Source: an uncultured Verrucomicrobiae bacterium
GTDB lineage: Bacteria; Verrucomicrobiota; Verrucomicrobiia; Limisphaerales; Palsa-1400
Assembly: GCA_963707025.1 (NCBI GenBank)
Contig: CAVPOM010000012.1
Location: 431,187 to 495,186, forward strand
Length of the DNA: 64,000 nt
Direction: 5' to 3'
A model generated the notes under the pieces. It searched no databases, was not told the DNA's origin, and saw nothing but the letters and a program-made list of their open reading frames with translations. The translations under genes were made by a program, and so were the position numbers. Shown here one piece after another: positions 60,755 through 64,000 of this stretch; the first letter of the stretch is position 1; every line of letters starts with the position of its first letter.

Positions 60755-61815
60755 AGGTTCTGGAATTCCTTGTCATGCTCCGTGACCGCGATATCCAGGT
60801 CTGCGCGGACGGTGATCGGCTCCGATGCAACGCCCCGGCCGGCGCACTCACCCCCGAGTTGCGCCATGAACTGCGCCAGCGCAAAAAGGATATTCTGGAA
60901 TTCCTCCGCTCGGCCGAGGCCCTGGCGCAACAGCAGCGCGCCATCGTGCCTCTTCAGCCGCATGGCTCAGCCACTCCCGTTTTCGCCGTCGCAGGACACA
61001 ATGGCGACGTCTTCTGCTTCCGCGCCCTGGCACGCCACTTGGGCGAGGATCAACCGTTTTTCGGCTTGCAGCCCCCGGGTCTCGACGGCAACCGCGCGCC
61101 GCTGACGCGCGTGGAGGATCTGGCCGCGTATTTCGCGGCGCAAATCCGCACGGTCCAACCCGACGGCCCTTATGTCATTGCCGGCTATTGCGCGGGCGGA
61201 ACGATCGCTTTCGAATTGGCGCGACAGCTCCTCCGGGACGGAGCGGCGATCCGTGTTCTGGCCCTGTTCGGCAGCCCTTTTCCGACCTCGTACCGCCTCC
61301 TGCCGCAACTGCGCGAGCTCCTGTGCCAGGGGGTGGGCCGCGTGGTCAGGCACACCCGCACACTGGCATCGCTGCCGGCTGCGGAATTATGGGGATACGT
61401 CGCCCAAAGGCTGCCACGCCGCAACGCGCCCGAGGCCGCCGAGCGTGACGCGCCGCCCGACCCCGTGCTGGTCCAACGCGCCAAGGTTGGGCGCGCCACC
61501 CTGGAGGCGATTCGTCGCTATGCGCCCAAACCATTTTCCGGCCGTATGATGTTGTTCTGGCCAAGCCCGTTATGGCGGTGCTGCGGCGACGCGCCGAGGC
61601 AGTGGCCTTCCGTCGCCCCATCCGCCGAGAAGTATTTCGGACCGGACGGCTGCACGGGGGACACCATGCTCCGTGAACCCTACGCCGCGACGTTGGCCCA
61701 GCTTTTCAGGCGCTTCGCACCAGCAGCGAACGATAGAAGAACCAACCTCCCAAGCCAGCCCCTGACGAAGTCCCCATGTTGGGAGGGTGGACACATGAAC
61801 GCTTTGTCGCCCTGA
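60751..61815 (+). CDS. Thioesterase-like alpha/beta hydrolase with N-terminal TubC-type beta-hairpin docking domain
   Basis: N-terminus LEFLVML...DGDRLRCNAPAGALTPELRHELRQRKKDILEFL; TE motifs LGEDQPFFGLQ, GPYVIAGYCAGG. GTGA overlap with the NRPS stop. Confidence 0.85.
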   Translation: MKVLEFLVMLRDRDIQVCADGDRLRCNAPAGALTPELRHELRQRKKDILEFLRSAEALAQQQRAIVPLQPHGSATPVFAVAGHNGDVFCFRALARHLGEDQPFFGLQPPGLDGNRAPLTRVEDLAAYFAAQIRTVQPDGPYVIAGYCAGGTIAFELARQLLRDGAAIRVLALFGSPFPTSYRLLPQLRELLCQGVGRVVRHTRTLASLPAAELWGYVAQRLPRRNAPEAAERDAPPDPVLVQRAKVGRATLEAIRRYAPKPFSGRMMLFWPSPLWRCCGDAPRQWPSVAPSAEKYFGPDGCTGDTMLREPYAATLAQLFRRFAPAANDRRTNLPSQPLTKSPCWEGGHMNALSP

Positions 61816-61970
61816 AACGGCAAAGCGGCGGAGCCTCGCGCGAAACTCCGTCGGGTTCGACCACCAGAAACGCGCTTCGAATGGCGAAAGCGCTCGGCGG
61901 AGCTTTCGACCCTGGTCGCAACGCGAATGCCGCAGAGCTCGGCCACCGCAACGATAGATTCGAGCTACCC

Positions 61971-62696
61971 ATGCCCTTTCCACTGGCTCATCCGGCAGCG
62001 GTGCTGCCTTTGCGCCGATATTGCCCGCGGCGGCTCAACTTTCCCGCGCTGGTCATCGGCAGCATCTGCCCCGATGTCGGTTACTGTTTTGGCCGCCTTC
62101 GCCTGGAGAAGTTTTCTCATCGCTTTCTGGCCGGCAGTTTCGGCTTCTGCCTGCCGGTGGGATTATTGCTGCTCCTGCTGTTTTATCTCCTCCGCCGGCC
62201 ATTGGTGCAACGGCTGCCCGCGCCTCACCGGCAAATCTACGAGCCGCTTTGCCAGCGCCCGCCCGGTTCGTTTCCTATCCTTGTCGTGTCCCTGCTGATA
62301 GGCGTGTGGACGCATATCTTGCTGGATTCCTTCACCCACGAGGACGGATGGCTCGTCGAGCATCTGCCCGTCCTGCAAGACAACCTGCTGGCCGGGAATT
62401 GTCACGTCCGCATTTGCGACCTGCTCTATGCGGGCTGCACCTTTGCCGGCACCGCCTGCGTGGCTTGGTCCTACCTGAATTGGCTCGGAGGGACCTCGCG
62501 GACTCAAGGCTGGCCGTGGCCGGGATTGAAGCTGGTCGCGGGCCTGGTGCTGGCGGCTCTGACTCTTCTCATCTCTTCCTTCAGTCACAGCACCCACCCT
62601 TCCCTCGGTCTGCTTTCCATCGGCGTCCTCACTACGACTCTGGTGGCGATGTTTCTCGCGGCGACAGGATGGACGTTGCGCAATGTCCGGCGCTAG
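61971..62696 (+). CDS. DUF4184-like membrane protein
   Basis: MPFPLAHPAAVLPL, LVIGSICPD, THILLDSFTH; several TM segments. Confidence 0.8.
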   Translation: MPFPLAHPAAVLPLRRYCPRRLNFPALVIGSICPDVGYCFGRLRLEKFSHRFLAGSFGFCLPVGLLLLLLFYLLRRPLVQRLPAPHRQIYEPLCQRPPGSFPILVVSLLIGVWTHILLDSFTHEDGWLVEHLPVLQDNLLAGNCHVRICDLLYAGCTFAGTACVAWSYLNWLGGTSRTQGWPWPGLKLVAGLVLAALTLLISSFSHSTHPSLGLLSIGVLTTTLVAMFLAATGWTLRNVRR

Positions 62697-62775
62697 TGCA
62701 TCCAAAGTCGAGCCTTGCCCGACGATGCCTGGGGCTTCTTCCATTTGCTCCACCGCCCTGCGAAGTTGATGGTAC

Positions 62776-63255
62776 TTGCCGAAAGTCGCCGACTTTCGCC
62801 GGCGACCGAACACAATTCAAACTGGCCGAATCTACGCCGTATCCATGCGGTTGAGGTGTGGTTTTGGGGAGAACGCGGATTATGGCCAGATCGTAAAAAC
62901 CTGCTCGGTATCGCATCTGGGTAATTTCAAAGAAGCGGCGAGGCGGTATTCCCCGGCGGAGGTTGTGCTCGTTGAAAAAATGGTCATCGCGGGCGACCCG
63001 GACAAATGCCGCATTACGACTTCGCACGTTGAAAAGCAAAACCACACCCTGCGGATGCACGTTCGCTGGTTGACCCGGCTCACGAACGCTTTCAGCAACA
63101 AACTGGAAAATTTTAAAGCTGCGGTTTCCCTCCACATGGCGTATTACAACTTCTGCAAAACGCACATGGCGATTCGATGCACCCCGCCAATGGAGGCGGG
63201 CATCGAAAAGAGCCAATGGACGGTTGCAGAACTTGTCGAACGTTGTGGCGAATAG
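62776..63255 (+). pseudogene. IS1-family-like transposase, C-terminal fragment
   Basis: DYGQIVK, RYSP, TSHVEKQNHTLRM...RLTNAFSNKLEN...YYNF...TP..EAG; N-terminal part missing or degenerate. Confidence 0.75.
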
Positions 63256-63552
63256 AGAATACATCGAGCGGATTCAGAGCGTGATCTTGCACCTTCACGG
63301 CTGCCAATCTTCATGGGTTGAATCTGTGACCGTCCAAGAGGTCTTTCGCGGCCAAACCGCTTGGATGGGCGATGTGGAGGTTTTCCCCTGTCTGGACAGC
63401 CCAAAGCCAAGAAAGCCTACGCCTGGAGCCACGCAGACGGCAACGACGACAAGGAGGAACGGTTCGTGACCGTGCTGGAAATACCGCCAGTGGACTCACC
63501 GCAAACGGCGGTCAAAGTGGCGATTGCGGCAGAAGCGAGGGGGAAGATGTAA
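63245..63552 (+). CDS. Small hypothetical protein, frameshift near 63387
   Basis: GTG 63245 ...LHGCQSSWVESV...GDVEVF joins, with one added base, LSGQPKAKKAYAWSH...PPVDSPQTAV; overlaps the transposase stop. Confidence 0.55.
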
Positions 63553-63783
63553 GTGAAAGAGGTAAATGCATCTCAAAGAGCAGGATATGCAGCTTCTTTT
63601 TTTACGATTGCCACGTCAATTCTGTCTTACTTTCATCTAAAAGTAGTGAGCTACGTAAGGCCCGATTCTGATTTGATACTCATTTTTGCGATCTTCTGTG
63701 GGATGTTGGCCGTTTGTTCAAGCGTGGTTTGCCTCGTTTCAGGCATATTTGATTACTTCCGAAATCGCAAAAATCCAAATTAG
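63553..63783 (+). CDS. Possible small membrane protein in AT-rich DNA
   Basis: 76-aa ORF with two hydrophobic stretches; no recognisable motif. Confidence 0.3.
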   Translation: MKEVNASQRAGYAASFFTIATSILSYFHLKVVSYVRPDSDLILIFAIFCGMLAVCSSVVCLVSGIFDYFRNRKNPN

Positions 63784-63919
63784 GACACTACCCAGGATTC
63801 GGCTTGCTCGGTCTTGCGTGATGCGTTAAGTTTGATGCACGACAATGTTGCAATGTGTCAAGCCTATGCGTGATTGTGATGCGTTAAAACACACGCAAAT
63901 GACTTACATACAGTTAGTT

Positions 63920-64000
63920 GGAGAGGTGGCAGAGTGGCCGAATGCGGCGGTTTGCTAAACCGTTGTACGGGTAAAACTGTACCGGGGGTTCGAATCCCCC
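63920..64000 (+). tRNA. tRNA-Ser(GCT), 3-prime end cut by the window edge
   Basis: Acceptor 5-prime GGAGAGG, D-loop AGTGG, anticodon arm GCGGT-TTGCTAA-ACCGT, long variable arm, T arm GGGGG-TTCGAAT-CCCCC. Confidence 0.95.

Larger units (their letters stand above)
62692..63792 (+). mobile_element. Degenerate IS1-family-like element with passenger ORFs
   Basis: Transposase C-terminal fragment inside; possible ends GCTAGTGCATCC (62692) and GGACACTACC (63783..63792). Confidence 0.5.

Noticed and set aside
63920..64000. tRNA as integration site for the whole region
   Set aside because: No integrase or duplicated tRNA 3-prime end in the window, and the cluster lies on the tRNA's 5-prime side.

Overview
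High-GC bacterial window, probably Verrucomicrobiota (Pedosphaerae-like; inferred from protein style only). Left (minus strand, running off the window): a hybrid NRPS-PKS, C-A(Leu-like)-PCP-C-A(Gly-like, interrupted by a luciferase-like monooxygenase, LLM)-PCP, then KS-AT-ACP-C. Next come a secreted S8 protease with five PKD repeats, a PAS sensor kinase, a response regulator lacking its phosphoacceptor Asp, decayed two-component remnants and a tandem duplication of a secreted beta-helix gene. From about 24.4 to 61.8 kb runs a co-oriented Wzx/Wzy-type polysaccharide locus headed by a NusG/RfaH paralogue. It holds a beta-barrel, short OPX, Wzc, Wzx, a Wzy-like protein, four GTs, an amino-sugar pathway and many tailoring enzymes. 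It ends in two single-module Gly-type NRPSs, a carbamoyltransferase and an atypical docked thioesterase. The window closes with a DUF4184-like gene, an IS1-like remnant and tRNA-Ser(GCT). Best candidate for an undescribed system: an NRPS module set embedded in the polysaccharide operon, in which both NRPSs carry the same C-terminal docking motif for one Cys-type, apparently His-less thioesterase. A shared tandem promoter motif suggests both clusters form one regulon. Several single-base indels look like long-read errors, so broken genes need confirmation. All family calls are by manual motif recognition; no searches were run.
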